DNA from: an uncultured Desulfatitalea sp.
Lineage (GTDB): Bacteria; Desulfobacterota; Desulfobacteria; Desulfobacterales; Desulfosarcinaceae
Assembly: GCA_963668675.2 (NCBI GenBank)
Contig: CAXXMB010000002.1
Span: 1,760,001 to 1,824,000 of the forward strand
Direction: 5' to 3'
DNA length: 64,000 nucleotides
Below the pieces are notes generated by a model. It ran no database searches. It saw nothing but the letters and a program-made list of their open reading frames with translations, and was not told the origin of the DNA. Position 1 is the first letter of the stretch, and every line of letters begins with the position of its first letter. Position numbers and translations under genes: made by a program. Positions 12,481 through 24,194 of this stretch are shown one piece after another.

Positions 12481-12798
12481 ATGAGCGCAAAAAGAGATGC
12501 CTATGTGGAAAAATTGAAGGCCCAGTTGGACGAGTGGAATGCCGATATCGACAAGCTGGCAGCCAAGGCCGCCCAGGAGAAAATGGAAGGAAAAATCGAA
12601 TATCAAAAACAGATGGATGACTTGCGCGCCAAACGTGATGATGTCAGGGACAAGCTATCGGCTATGCAACAGGCTGGAGAGGGGGCATGGGAAGACCTCA
12701 AAGAGGGTCTTGAGAATTCATGGGAGATTTTGAAGATGAGCTTCGACAAGGCAAAATCCAAGTTCGAGAAGGGGTACAAAAAAGGCACAAAAGAGTAA
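12481..12798 (+). CDS. Small coiled-coil stress protein (Sll1863-like)
   Basis: RBS GGAGG; RDAYVEKLKAQLDEWNADIDKL...EGAWEDLKEG.ENSW pattern. Confidence 0.75.
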   Translation: MSAKRDAYVEKLKAQLDEWNADIDKLAAKAAQEKMEGKIEYQKQMDDLRAKRDDVRDKLSAMQQAGEGAWEDLKEGLENSWEILKMSFDKAKSKFEKGYKKGTKE

Positions 12799-12813
12799 AA
12801 AAAGGAAAGTCCA

Positions 12814-14466
12814 ATGGATTGGAAGACATTAACGAGCTTGGGGCGTTTCAAAGACATCATCATGGTCCTGCTCAGATACGGATTTGACGATCTGGTCGAT
12901 CGTCTCAACATTCCGGGGACCAAGTTCATGCGGAAGAAAAGTCCCATCGACCATCCGCTGGACACCTTTGAAAGAATTCGATACGCCTGCGAAGAGCTGG
13001 GACCGACCTTTGTCAAGTTCGGACAGATGGCGAGTCTGCGACCGGACCTGGTGCCGCCGGGGTTGATCGCCGAACTGAGCAAACTTCAAGATGACGTGGC
13101 GCCCGTGGATATGTCGCAGATCATCGCGGCGATCGAGCAGAGCACCGGTAAGCCGCTAAAGGAGACGTTCAGCGTTTTTGATGTGACGCCGGTGGCGGCG
13201 GCTTCGATCTCCCAGGTCCATCGCGGCGTTTTGGCAGCGGATGGGCGTATCGTATCGGTCAAAGTCCAACGCCCGGATATTCGGGCCAAGATGCGCACCG
13301 ATCTGGACATCCTGGCCATCATGGCGGACCAGCTTCACGAACGTGTCGAAGAACTCAACAGCTTCGACCTGCCCAATCTCGTTCGCTTGATCAAAAAAAC
13401 CCTGCTGCGCGAGCTCGATTTTAGAAAAGAAGCACGCCACATGAAAATCGCGCGCACCCATGCGGGCGAAGGGGCCGATGTCTATATTCCGGAGGCTTAT
13501 GAAACCTATTGCTCGGAGCACCTACTGGTGATGGAATTCATCCAGGGCACGAAACTGAAAGATTTCAAGCGCGAATCCATCGCCGATCCTGAATTGCTGG
13601 CAAGGCAGGGCCTTGTTGCCGCCATCGATCAAATCCTCAAATACGGCTTTTTTCATGCCGACCCGCATCCCGGAAATATCCTGATCATGCCGGAAGGTCG
13701 CATGTGTTTGATTGATTGGGGCATGACGGGCCGGTTGTCGGAACGCGACCGCCACCAGCTCATCGGTTTGTTGCAGGCGGTCTTGGACAAAGACGGTGAA
13801 GCCATAGTCCACACGCTTTTGCGTATCGGCCACGCCGAAGCGGTCATCGACCAAAGGGCCCTGGAGCGGGACCTGCTGGATATCCTGGACCTCCACTACG
13901 CGGTTCCCATCCAGGACATGAATATCGGTCAGCTGCTCATGGCGATCACGGATCTTTTGCGGATCTATTGCCTTCGACTGCCCCCGGGCATGGTGATTAT
14001 GATCAAGGCGCTGGTGGCCGCCGAAGGCACGGCCCGGCGCATTTGCCCCGAGCTGGATGTGGTTGCCGAGGCCAAGACGCAAATCACCCAACTGGCGGCC
14101 CAGCGGTACACCCCCCAATCGGTGTTGCGCCGGCTGCGGTTTACCTTTACCCAACTGTTCAGTTTGCAACAAGAGATTCCGAGTCGCCTGGAGAGCCTGC
14201 TGGGCAAGGCCGACCGCAATGAACTGACGCTGGGATTCCGGCACGAAAACCTCACCGGACTTATCCATACCCTCGAAAATGTGGCCAGCCGCGTGACCTT
14301 CGGCATCATCATCGCGGCCATGATCGTCGGCTCCTCGATGATCATCACCACCGGCGTCAAACCCCTGCTTTTCGGTTTTCCGGCCCTGGGCGTCATCGGG
14401 TATCTGTTTTCCGGAGTGCTCGGCATGTGGCTGCTGATCAACATCATTCGCAAAAGAAAGTATTGA
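12814..14466 (+). CDS. ABC1/UbiB/AarF-family kinase-like protein
   Basis: ELGPTFVKFGQ, AAASISQVH, VKVQRP, FFHADPHPGN, IDWGM and two C-terminal TM helices. Confidence 0.92.
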   Translation: MDWKTLTSLGRFKDIIMVLLRYGFDDLVDRLNIPGTKFMRKKSPIDHPLDTFERIRYACEELGPTFVKFGQMASLRPDLVPPGLIAELSKLQDDVAPVDMSQIIAAIEQSTGKPLKETFSVFDVTPVAAASISQVHRGVLAADGRIVSVKVQRPDIRAKMRTDLDILAIMADQLHERVEELNSFDLPNLVRLIKKTLLRELDFRKEARHMKIARTHAGEGADVYIPEAYETYCSEHLLVMEFIQGTKLKDFKRESIADPELLARQGLVAAIDQILKYGFFHADPHPGNILIMPEGRMCLIDWGMTGRLSERDRHQLIGLLQAVLDKDGEAIVHTLLRIGHAEAVIDQRALERDLLDILDLHYAVPIQDMNIGQLLMAITDLLRIYCLRLPPGMVIMIKALVAAEGTARRICPELDVVAEAKTQITQLAAQRYTPQSVLRRLRFTFTQLFSLQQEIPSRLESLLGKADRNELTLGFRHENLTGLIHTLENVASRVTFGIIIAAMIVGSSMIITTGVKPLLFGFPALGVIGYLFSGVLGMWLLINIIRKRKY

Positions 14467-14686
14467 TGCGCCATGTGGTTTAAACCTTTCCAAAAGCAAG
14501 GCAGCAGAACAAGCCCTCTATAAAACCCTGCAGGTCAGCAGCCTGCCCGGCTCCACCAAAACCTTCGCTCGCCTGGACCGGTTTCCGCCGCATAGCCTTG
14601 GACTGTTTCTGCCGGAGCCTTTGGAGGACTCGTCCCTGCTCAGCGGGCGCGAAAAACAGCAAGGTATACAAAAGACATCCCCGACA

Positions 14687-14832
14687 GGTCATATGTGACC
14701 ACTGGTTGCATATGACCCTTTCAGATGACTATCGACGGCCGCGCCGGAATGCTGGTCTTTTTTAAATACATAAAATTATCAGAAGGATGGGTGTCTTGAC
14801 AGGGAGCATTAGATACCTGGCACAATAATTGA
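14687..14832 (+). promoter_or_regulatory. Cassette 2, upstream of the N-ATPase operon
   Basis: GGTCATATGTGACC-ACT-GGTTGCATATGACC at 14687; TGGCAC-AATAA-TTGA at 14818 (131 bp). Confidence 0.82.
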
Positions 14833-14945
14833 ATTTATAAAAATCGTATAAATAGCACATATCTCCTATCATAGAAATCGCAGAACCATTGCCCAGAGCA
14901 CAGGAAAGCCCATTGGGGCGACGCGCCGGAGCAACGGGTTGATAA

Positions 14946-16442
<1,497 letters not shown>

Positions 16443-16491
16443 CGGTCTGAGGCGGGGGGAAAATCCTCCTTTGCTCAAGACGCCGCAACTC

Positions 16492-16881
16492 ATGAATCTT
16501 AAGGTTCTGCTGCCGTTTCGAATCTTCGCCGAGAAAACCGGCGTGACCCGCATCGTCGCGGAGACCCGTGAGGGCTCATTCGGAATCCTGCCCCGCCGAC
16601 TCGACTGCGTCGCGGCGCTCGCACCCGGCATTCTGATCTATGAAAACGAAATCGAAGGCGAGGTTTACCTGGCCGTGGATGAAGGGGTGCTGATCAAGAC
16701 CGGCTTGGACGTGCTCGTTTCCGTGCGCAACGCCATCGCCGGAACGGACCTCGGTAAATTGCGCGATTCGGTGGAGCGGGAGTTTCTGAACCTGGACGAA
16801 CGGGAGCAGAGCGTGCGCTCGGCACTTGCGAAAATGGAAAGCGGTTTTATCCGCCGCTTAGCGGAATTCCATCATGACTGA
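16492..16881 (+). CDS. atpC: N-ATPase epsilon subunit
   Basis: MNLKVLLP...GSFGILPRRLDCVAAL; start could be 16417. Confidence 0.9.
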   Translation: MNLKVLLPFRIFAEKTGVTRIVAETREGSFGILPRRLDCVAALAPGILIYENEIEGEVYLAVDEGVLIKTGLDVLVSVRNAIAGTDLGKLRDSVEREFLNLDEREQSVRSALAKMESGFIRRLAEFHHD

Positions 16882-17212
16882 CGAATCCAAGCAGAAACCG
16901 TTGAAGCCGAAGTCTACGCTCAGCCGGGAGGTCGGCGCCAAGGCTGCTCGGAAAATGCGTGCGCAACGCCATGTCAACCGAACCGTCTGGTTCGGCCTGG
17001 GCATGATGGGGCTGGTCGGCTGGTCGGTGGCGATTCCGACGCTGCTCGGCGCGGCGATAGGTCTCTGGCTGGACCAACGCTATCCGGAAGGCCGATCCTG
17101 GACACTGGCCCTGCTGGTTGTCGGCCTTGCGATCGGGTGCTTGAATGCGTGGCATTGGGTGACCAAGGAAGACAGGGCCATGCGGGAGGAACAGGAGGAT
17201 AACGATGAATGA
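16874..17212 (+). CDS. N-ATPase AtpQ (AtpZ/AtpI-like) membrane protein
   Basis: GLVGWSVAIPTLLG..GLWLD; position in the operon. Confidence 0.88.
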   Translation: MTDESKQKPLKPKSTLSREVGAKAARKMRAQRHVNRTVWFGLGMMGLVGWSVAIPTLLGAAIGLWLDQRYPEGRSWTLALLVVGLAIGCLNAWHWVTKEDRAMREEQEDNDE

Positions 17213-17519
17213 AACGTTGTGTCTGGCGCCGGCTTTGGTGACGGGTGTTTTGCTCGGTGCGATGTTTTTCGGCGGCCTCTGGTGGACGGTTCGCAAGGGC
17301 GTTTCGTCCCAACGGCCGGCGCTTTGGTTCTTCGGCAGTCTGCTGCTGCGGATGAGCATCGCCCTGGCTGGATTTTATTTTGTTTCCGGTGGTCATTGGG
17401 AGCGGCTGCTGGTGTGTCTCCTTGGATTTGTGACGGCACGCCTGATCGTGAAGCGGCTCACCCGCCCGCCGGTCGAACACTGCAACGCTTCAGCAAAGGA
17501 GGCCTGTCATGCACCTTAG
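17205..17519 (+). CDS. N-ATPase AtpR subunit
   Basis: FFGGLWWTVR...SLLLR, three TM helices; diagnostic N-ATPase gene. Confidence 0.88.
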   Translation: MNETLCLAPALVTGVLLGAMFFGGLWWTVRKGVSSQRPALWFFGSLLLRMSIALAGFYFVSGGHWERLLVCLLGFVTARLIVKRLTRPPVEHCNASAKEACHAP

Positions 17520-18204
17520 TCCCGATGAGATCATCTTCTGGCAACACGGCGTTCTGAAGCTCAACGCCACCATTGTGTTCACGTGGGGACTGATGCTTGT
17601 ACTGGCCGTCGGTTCAAAAATCATCACCCGCAGACTTTCCACCGGTCTCAAGCGTTCCCGCTGGCAAAATCTACTGGAAATCGTCGTCACCCTGACCGAG
17701 AAACAAATCGAAGAAGTGGGCCTGCGCCACCCGAAAAAATATCTCCCCTTTTTAGGCACGCTCTTTCTGTTCGTCGCCTTGGCCGCCCTGTGCACCGTCT
17801 TTCCCGGCTACGAGCCGCCGACCGGCTCGCTCTCGACCACCGCGGCACTTGCGCTGTGCGTGTTTGTGGCCGTGCCGCTGTTCGGCATCTTGGAACGGGG
17901 CTGGAGCGGCTACCTCAAATCCTATGTGCAGCCAACGTTCATCATGCTGCCGTTTAACATCATCAGCGAGCTCTCGCGCACGCTGGCCCTGGCCGTCCGT
18001 CTGTTCGGCAACATGATGAGTGGGGCGATGATCATCGGTATTCTGCTGACCATCACGCCGTTTATCTTTCCGATCGTGATGAAGGCGCTCGGCCTGCTCA
18101 CCGGCATGGTGCAAGCCTACATCTTCTTTATCCTATCCACGGTTTACATCGCGGCTGCCACGCGCGTGCGTAAACCCAAGCCTGAAGCTGAGGCAACACA
18201 TTGA
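17509..18204 (+). CDS. atpB: N-ATPase a subunit
   Basis: LSRTLALAVRLFGNM and VQAYIF motifs. Confidence 0.94.
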   Translation: MHLSPDEIIFWQHGVLKLNATIVFTWGLMLVLAVGSKIITRRLSTGLKRSRWQNLLEIVVTLTEKQIEEVGLRHPKKYLPFLGTLFLFVALAALCTVFPGYEPPTGSLSTTAALALCVFVAVPLFGILERGWSGYLKSYVQPTFIMLPFNIISELSRTLALAVRLFGNMMSGAMIIGILLTITPFIFPIVMKALGLLTGMVQAYIFFILSTVYIAAATRVRKPKPEAEATH

Positions 18205-18239
18205 AACATGAACGATGACAACAAAGGAGAAACAATACC

Positions 18240-18521
18240 ATGGATAGCATGACGTTTATCGCGGTGGCATCCATTATCACCGCCGGCTTCACCACCGGCG
18301 TCGGCTGCATCGGGCCGGCGCTGGGCGAAGGGCGCGCAGTTTCGACCGCGCTGGGTTCGCTGGCCCAGCAGCCTGACGCCTCCGCCACCATCACCCGGAC
18401 ACTGTTCGTGGGCCTGGCGATGATCGAGTCCACGGCCATCTACTGCTTCGTGGTCTCGATGATTCTCGTTTTTGCCAACCCGTTCTGGAACCACATCATC
18501 GCCGAAACCACAGGAAAGTAA
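18240..18521 (+). CDS. atpE: N-ATPase c subunit with Na+-binding signature
   Basis: GPALGEG in helix 1 and ESTAIY in helix 2. Confidence 0.94.
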   Translation: MDSMTFIAVASIITAGFTTGVGCIGPALGEGRAVSTALGSLAQQPDASATITRTLFVGLAMIESTAIYCFVVSMILVFANPFWNHIIAETTGK

Positions 18522-18525
18522 ACCG

Positions 18526-19380
18526 ATGTTAATCGATTGGTTCACCATCACTGCGCAGGCGCTCAACTTTCTCATCCTGGTATGGTTGATGAAGCGCTTT
18601 CTTTACAAACCCATCCTCAACGCCATCGACGCGCGGGAGCAGCGGATCGCCAAGGAACTTGCGGATGCCGAGGCAAAAAAGGCCGATGCTCAAAAAGAGC
18701 GTGAGGCGTTCGAGGGCAAAAACAAGGAGTTCGATCGGCAGCGGGATGCCCTTCTGAGCCAGGCGACGGAGGAGGCGAAAACCGAACGTCAGCGGCTTCT
18801 CGATGAGGTGCGGCAGGCGGCCGAGGTTCTGCACGCAAAACGACAGGACGCCATGGAACGCGAACAACAGAGCCTGAACGACGAAATAACCCGCCGGACC
18901 CGAGAGGAAGTTTTTGCCATCGCGCGAAAGACGCTGACAGACCTGGCCGGGATGAGTCTGGAAGAACGCATAAGCGAGGTGTTCAGGCGCCACTTGCGAG
19001 AACTGGACGGTGAGGCGAAGGAAGGTTTTGCCAGAATACTGAAAACATCGTCCGATCCGGTGCTCGTTCACAGCGCCTTTGAGCTGCCGTCTGAACAGAG
19101 AGCCGCGATCCAACAGGCGCTCAACGAAACCTTCTCGGCTGAAATCCAAGTCCGTTTCGAGACCGCACCGGACGTGATCAGCGGCATCGAACTCACCGCG
19201 AACGGACGAAAGGTCGCCTGGAGCATTGCGGATTATCTGACGTCACTGGAAAAAAGCGTCAACGAACTGCTGAAAACACCGTCCAAACCCAAAACCAAAC
19301 CTGAGGCTGAACTTGAAACGCAAGCCGGGTTCAAGCCGAAGTCCAGGACGCAACCTGCTGCTTCCGAGGAGGCCAAATGA
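18526..19380 (+). CDS. atpF: N-ATPase b subunit (long, with delta-like C-terminus)
   Basis: [29 protein letters not shown]; coiled coil; GIEL...KVAWS. Confidence 0.93.
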   Translation: MLIDWFTITAQALNFLILVWLMKRFLYKPILNAIDAREQRIAKELADAEAKKADAQKEREAFEGKNKEFDRQRDALLSQATEEAKTERQRLLDEVRQAAEVLHAKRQDAMEREQQSLNDEITRRTREEVFAIARKTLTDLAGMSLEERISEVFRRHLRELDGEAKEGFARILKTSSDPVLVHSAFELPSEQRAAIQQALNETFSAEIQVRFETAPDVISGIELTANGRKVAWSIADYLTSLEKSVNELLKTPSKPKTKPEAELETQAGFKPKSRTQPAASEEAK

Positions 19381-21023
19381 GCGCCCCGTCGGATTCTTTA
19401 CAAAACGGCTTCGACCGCGCGTTCGCCGTTCTCAGCCGGGGGCGCAAAACCTTCATGCCGCAACTGACGCCGCAGGAGGTGGGCACGATTACCAGCGTCG
19501 CCACGGGCATCGCCCGTGTTTCGGGCCTTCCCGGCGTCGGCTTTGATGAATTGGTGATGTTTCCCGGCGATGTATTCGGCATCGCATTCAACGTGGACCC
19601 GAAAGAAATCGGGGTCGTACTGCTCGGCGAATACTGGCATCTTAACACGGGGGATGAAGTCCGGCGCACGGGCCGGGTCATGGACGTGGCCGTGGGTGAC
19701 GGATTGCTGGGTCGCGTCATCGACCCGCTCGGCCGACCCCTCGACGGCAACGGGCCGGTGGCCGCAAGCCGGCGCCTGCCTATCGAACGCCCGGCCGCGC
19801 CCATCATGGATCGGGCGCCCGTCACGGTGCCGCTCCAGACCGGAATTAAAGTCATCGATGCGCTCATTCCCATCGGGCGGGGTCAGCGAGAGCTGATCCT
19901 CGGCGACCGGCAGACGGGCAAGACCGCCATCGCAGTCGACACCATCCTGAATCAGCGCGGCAAGGATGTCCTGTGTGTCTATTGCGCGATCGGCCAGCGG
20001 GGGGCAGCCATCGCCAAAGCCGTTGCCACCTTCCGCCAAAAAGATGCGATGGCGTACACCGTCGTGGTCGTCACCGAGGGCAACGACCCGCCGGGCCTCG
20101 CCTACATCGCCCCCTACGCCGCAACCAGCATTGCGGAGTCTTTCATGGAAGCGGGCCGCGATGTACTGATCGTTTACGACGACCTCACCCATCATGCCCG
20201 CGCCTATCGCGAGCTTTCTCTGTTGCTGCGCCGGCCGCCCGGCCGCGAAGCATTTCCCGGCGACATTTTTTATATCCACTCGCGGCTGCTCGAGCGCGCC
20301 ACGCACTTGCGTAAGGAACTGGGCGGCGGCTCGCTCACCGCGCTGCCCATCATCGAAACCGAAGCGCAGAACATTTCCGCCTACATTCCGACCAATCTGA
20401 TTTCCATCACGGATGGGCAGATCTACCTCTCGCCGTCTCTGTTCGAATTGGGCGTGCTGCCCGCGGTTGATGTCGGCAAATCCGTCTCACGCGTCGGCGG
20501 CAAGGCGCAGCGGGCCGCCTACCGCGCGGTTGCCGGCGACCTCAAGCTCGCTTATTCGCAATTTGAAGAACTCGAGACCTTTGCCCGGTTCGGCGCCCGG
20601 CTGGATGAAGATAACCGCAAGGTTATCGAGCATGGGCGGCGCATTCGGGCATGCCTCAAGCAGCCGGAATTCACCCCGGTGTCCATGCCCGCACAAATCG
20701 TCGTGCTGCTGGCGTTGACCGCAGACCTATTCGACGACGTGCCGCTTGATCGGATGGCCGCCGCCGAGCAGGCCGTGTGCAAAGCGGCGGCGGAAATCCC
20801 GGCGGAGGTGAGCGAGCGATTGAATATCGCCGACACGTTGAGCGATGCAGATCGCAAAACGATCATCAAAATCGCCCGCCAAACGCTCGAAGCGTTTTCA
20901 CCCGTAGCGGAATCGAAATCCGAGCCTGAACCCGAACAAGAAATTCAAAAACAACCCAAACCGGAAACCAAGTCACAGACAAAACCGGATAAACCCAAGG
21001 GGTCACCCGGGGAGCCGTTATGA
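19377..21023 (+). CDS. atpA: N-ATPase alpha subunit
   Basis: [28 protein letters not shown]. Confidence 0.96.
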   Translation: MSAPSDSLQNGFDRAFAVLSRGRKTFMPQLTPQEVGTITSVATGIARVSGLPGVGFDELVMFPGDVFGIAFNVDPKEIGVVLLGEYWHLNTGDEVRRTGRVMDVAVGDGLLGRVIDPLGRPLDGNGPVAASRRLPIERPAAPIMDRAPVTVPLQTGIKVIDALIPIGRGQRELILGDRQTGKTAIAVDTILNQRGKDVLCVYCAIGQRGAAIAKAVATFRQKDAMAYTVVVVTEGNDPPGLAYIAPYAATSIAESFMEAGRDVLIVYDDLTHHARAYRELSLLLRRPPGREAFPGDIFYIHSRLLERATHLRKELGGGSLTALPIIETEAQNISAYIPTNLISITDGQIYLSPSLFELGVLPAVDVGKSVSRVGGKAQRAAYRAVAGDLKLAYSQFEELETFARFGARLDEDNRKVIEHGRRIRACLKQPEFTPVSMPAQIVVLLALTADLFDDVPLDRMAAAEQAVCKAAAEIPAEVSERLNIADTLSDADRKTIIKIARQTLEAFSPVAESKSEPEPEQEIQKQPKPETKSQTKPDKPKGSPGEPL

Positions 21024-21913
21024 GCGACACCACCGCGAGCCTGCGCCGAAAAATCGACAGTGCCGGAAATCTGCAGTCGGTCGTCCGCACGATGAAGGCT
21101 CTGGCCGCTTCCAGTATCGGCCAATACGAGCAATCGGTGCGCGCGTTGGGTGATTACTATCGTACTGTGGAGCTCGGGCTGGGCGTCTGTTTCCGGGGTA
21201 CCGCTTCATCAGCATTGATGAACGGAGAGACAAGACGAACGGATAAGGGTACGATCGGTGCAGTCGTGTTCGGCTCAGACCAGGGGCTGGTGGGCCAGTT
21301 TAATGACGTGGTGGCCGATTATGCGGTCAAGGCGCTGGCGACGCTGGCGGACAAAGCCAACGTCTGGGCCGTCGGAGAGCGCGTTTATGCGCGCCTGGCG
21401 GACGCAGGCCTGCCGCTTTTGGGACTATTCACCGTGCCGAACTCAGTCAAGGCCATCACCCCGCTCGTCGGGCAGATTCTCGTGGAGAGCGAGACGCGCC
21501 GCAACCGGGGTGACGTCACCGAACTTTACCTCTTCTACAATCGCCCCGCGTCCGGCGCGGTTTACACGCCCGTCAGTCAGCGACTGCTGCCGTTGGACGA
21601 AACATGGCGACGCGAGCTCGCCGAGCTTCCCTGGCCAATGAAGAATTTGCCTGAGATCATGGGCAGTAAAACCGAGACAGTGCGGGCGTTCATCCGCGAA
21701 TATCTTTTCGTATCGCTTTTCAGGGCATGCGCCGAATCCCTCGCCAGCGAAAACGCGAGCCGCCTGGCCGCGATGCAACGCGCCGACAAAAACATCGACG
21801 AACTGCTGGAGGACCTCAACAGGACATTCCACCGACTGCGCCAAAGCGGCATCGATGCGGAACTGTTCGAGGTCATCTCCGGCTTTGAAGCATTGAGGGA
21901 GGCGGAGAATTGA
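21020..21913 (+). CDS. atpG: N-ATPase gamma subunit
   Basis: [43 protein letters not shown]. Confidence 0.94.
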   Translation: MSDTTASLRRKIDSAGNLQSVVRTMKALAASSIGQYEQSVRALGDYYRTVELGLGVCFRGTASSALMNGETRRTDKGTIGAVVFGSDQGLVGQFNDVVADYAVKALATLADKANVWAVGERVYARLADAGLPLLGLFTVPNSVKAITPLVGQILVESETRRNRGDVTELYLFYNRPASGAVYTPVSQRLLPLDETWRRELAELPWPMKNLPEIMGSKTETVRAFIREYLFVSLFRACAESLASENASRLAAMQRADKNIDELLEDLNRTFHRLRQSGIDAELFEVISGFEALREAEN

Positions 21914-22019
21914 TGTGCATGGGTATCCCTTTGACGCCGGATTTACCAGGAACCATCTTTCCTGATTTCCGTCAAGCATGCAATAGCGAGGAATCGAACG
22001 AACACATGGCCCTGAAATT

Positions 22020-22544
22020 ATGGAAACCATCATAACCATGGTTTTGAATCCGGCGATCGACAAGAGCTCACGTGTTGCGCATGTCTTGGCCGAGCGAAAG
22101 CTGTACTGCAAACCCCCTCGATTTGAGCCCGGAGGGGGCGGTGTGAATGTCTCCCGGGCCATCAAGAAACTGGGGGGCGAATCTCTGCTCCTTTATCCCT
22201 TAGGGGGCCTGACGGGAAAAATGCTTCAAAAGCTCCTGGACCAGGAAGGACTGAACCATCGGCCCTTTCCCATTGAGGGATTGATCCGGGAGAGCCTGGT
22301 TATTTCGGAGGAGGTCACCGAACGCATCCTTCCGCCGACCGTGCCGATTGTCAGCAAGGTGGGCGCCGGCGACAGCATGGTGGCCGGTATCGTCCTGAGT
22401 CTTGCCCGGGGCAAGCCGCTCAGGGAATCCGTCCTTTTCGGCGTGGCCGCCGGCACGGCGGCCGTCATGACGCCGGGAACAAAACTGTGCCGGCTGGAGG
22501 ATGCCGAGAGGTTGTTGGAAAGCATGGTTGCAGGGTCCCAATAG
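22020..22544 (+). pseudogene. PfkB-family hexose kinase with in-frame internal deletion
   Basis: N-terminal LNPAID..GGGGVNVSR joined directly to C-terminal VGAGDSMVAG; 174 aa versus 308 aa for the intact family member at 49552. Confidence 0.8.
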
Positions 22545-22638
22545 GTTTTCTTTATCGGAAGCAGGAGGTTGGCATGAAAAAGATCGAACTCATGGAAACA
22601 TGGGTCCTGGTATGTGCTACGGACGTGGGGGTTGCGCT

Positions 22639-24078
22639 ATGAGGTTGCCGGCGCATAAAACCAAAATCGTCTGCACTATAGGCCCGGCCTCCCGATCGGA
22701 GGCAGTGTTGGAGCAATTAATTCTCCAGGGGATGAATGTGGCGCGGCTCAACTTCGCCCATGGAACCTTGCAGGGGCACAGGGAGGATATCCGCCGCATA
22801 CGCGCCGTCGCGGCAAGGACAGCGCGTTCCTGCCTGATTATCGCGGACCTTCCCGGTCCCAAAATACGAATCGGCAAACTCATGCATGAACCGCTGCTGC
22901 TGGAAAAAGGCCAAGCGGTCATATTGACCGTCCAAAATTCTGTGGGCACGGCCGATCAGATACCTGTCGAGTATAAGAGATTACCGGAGAGCGTGAATCC
23001 CGGCAGCCTGATTTTCCTTAATGACGGTTTCATACAGCTTCAGGTGGAGAAGGTCTCCGGGGATAAGGTCTTTTGTCGAACGGTTATCGGCGGCCCACTT
23101 CTTTCCTACAAGGGATTAAACCTTCCCGGGGTAAAGATCTTCGCCGATGCGGTATCGAATACGGACCTTGAATTTGTCGCCTTTGCCCTGCAGGAGGGGG
23201 TAGATGTTTTTGGCGTTTCCTTTGCAGAGACAGCCGACGACATACGCAAGGTAAAGGCTTTTGCACAAAAAGACGGGCAATCCGCGTATGTGGTTGCCAA
23301 AATCGAGCGAGCCGAGGCCATTGTCAATTTCGATGAAATTGTTACCGCTGCGGATGCCGTCATGATTGCACGCGGCGACCTGGGGGTTCAAATCCCTATA
23401 GAGGATGTGCCTGCCGTTCAGAAAAAACTGATCAACAAGGCGAATCTTTTGGGCCGGCCCGTGATAACAGCGACGCAAATGTTGTTGTCCATGACGGAGA
23501 ATATCCGGCCGACCCGTGCCGAGGTATCCGATGTGGCCAATGCGATTTTTGACGGGACAGACGCGGTGATGCTGTCCGAAGAGACGGCCATAGGAAAATT
23601 TCCTGTGGAAACTGTTGAAATGATAGCTAAAATAGCAACCGCCACCGAGCGGGAACGGAAAGCTGTCAGTGCGTTGGCCGATCTGCCCGCATATTTCAGG
23701 ACGGGTGCGGGTTCCGATAATTTTCGTGCCGAGGACATCTTTTCCCTGAATGCCGTCGAAACCGCGAACGCGTTAAATGTGCGCTATATCCTGGCCCACA
23801 CGCAAAGCAAGGGCGCCACGCGTTTTATCTCCAGATTCAAGCCGGACGGCTGGATACTTTCCTTCAACGGTGATGTAAAAAAGAATTCTTTTCTGGCCCT
23901 GTCTTACGGGGTTTATCCTGTCTGTCTTGAGGATGAAACAAATGCCTTTTCCGATATGGCTATTCGCTTTCTGGCCAGGGCCGGGATGGTTGAAAAAGAC
24001 GAGCGAATGATTTTGATAGAGAATGAATCGCATGACGCCATGCCGGAAACTTTGTTGATGAAAATCTTTAAAGTCTGA
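22639..24078 (+). CDS. pyk: Pyruvate kinase
   Basis: KTKIVCTIGPAS, ARLNFAHG, DLPGPKIR, AKIE, MIARGDLG, ATQML.SM, DAVMLSEETA. Confidence 0.95.
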   Translation: MRLPAHKTKIVCTIGPASRSEAVLEQLILQGMNVARLNFAHGTLQGHREDIRRIRAVAARTARSCLIIADLPGPKIRIGKLMHEPLLLEKGQAVILTVQNSVGTADQIPVEYKRLPESVNPGSLIFLNDGFIQLQVEKVSGDKVFCRTVIGGPLLSYKGLNLPGVKIFADAVSNTDLEFVAFALQEGVDVFGVSFAETADDIRKVKAFAQKDGQSAYVVAKIERAEAIVNFDEIVTAADAVMIARGDLGVQIPIEDVPAVQKKLINKANLLGRPVITATQMLLSMTENIRPTRAEVSDVANAIFDGTDAVMLSEETAIGKFPVETVEMIAKIATATERERKAVSALADLPAYFRTGAGSDNFRAEDIFSLNAVETANALNVRYILAHTQSKGATRFISRFKPDGWILSFNGDVKKNSFLALSYGVYPVCLEDETNAFSDMAIRFLARAGMVEKDERMILIENESHDAMPETLLMKIFKV

Positions 24079-24194
24079 ACAGGGGGTGCGAATACAAGGC
24101 TCCCTGTTTTGTCAGCAGGAAAACGATAATGCCTTGGGTCGCCTGGGTACGATGTCGGCCAATCGCATTCACATCCGCATAGCGCTTCAAGGAG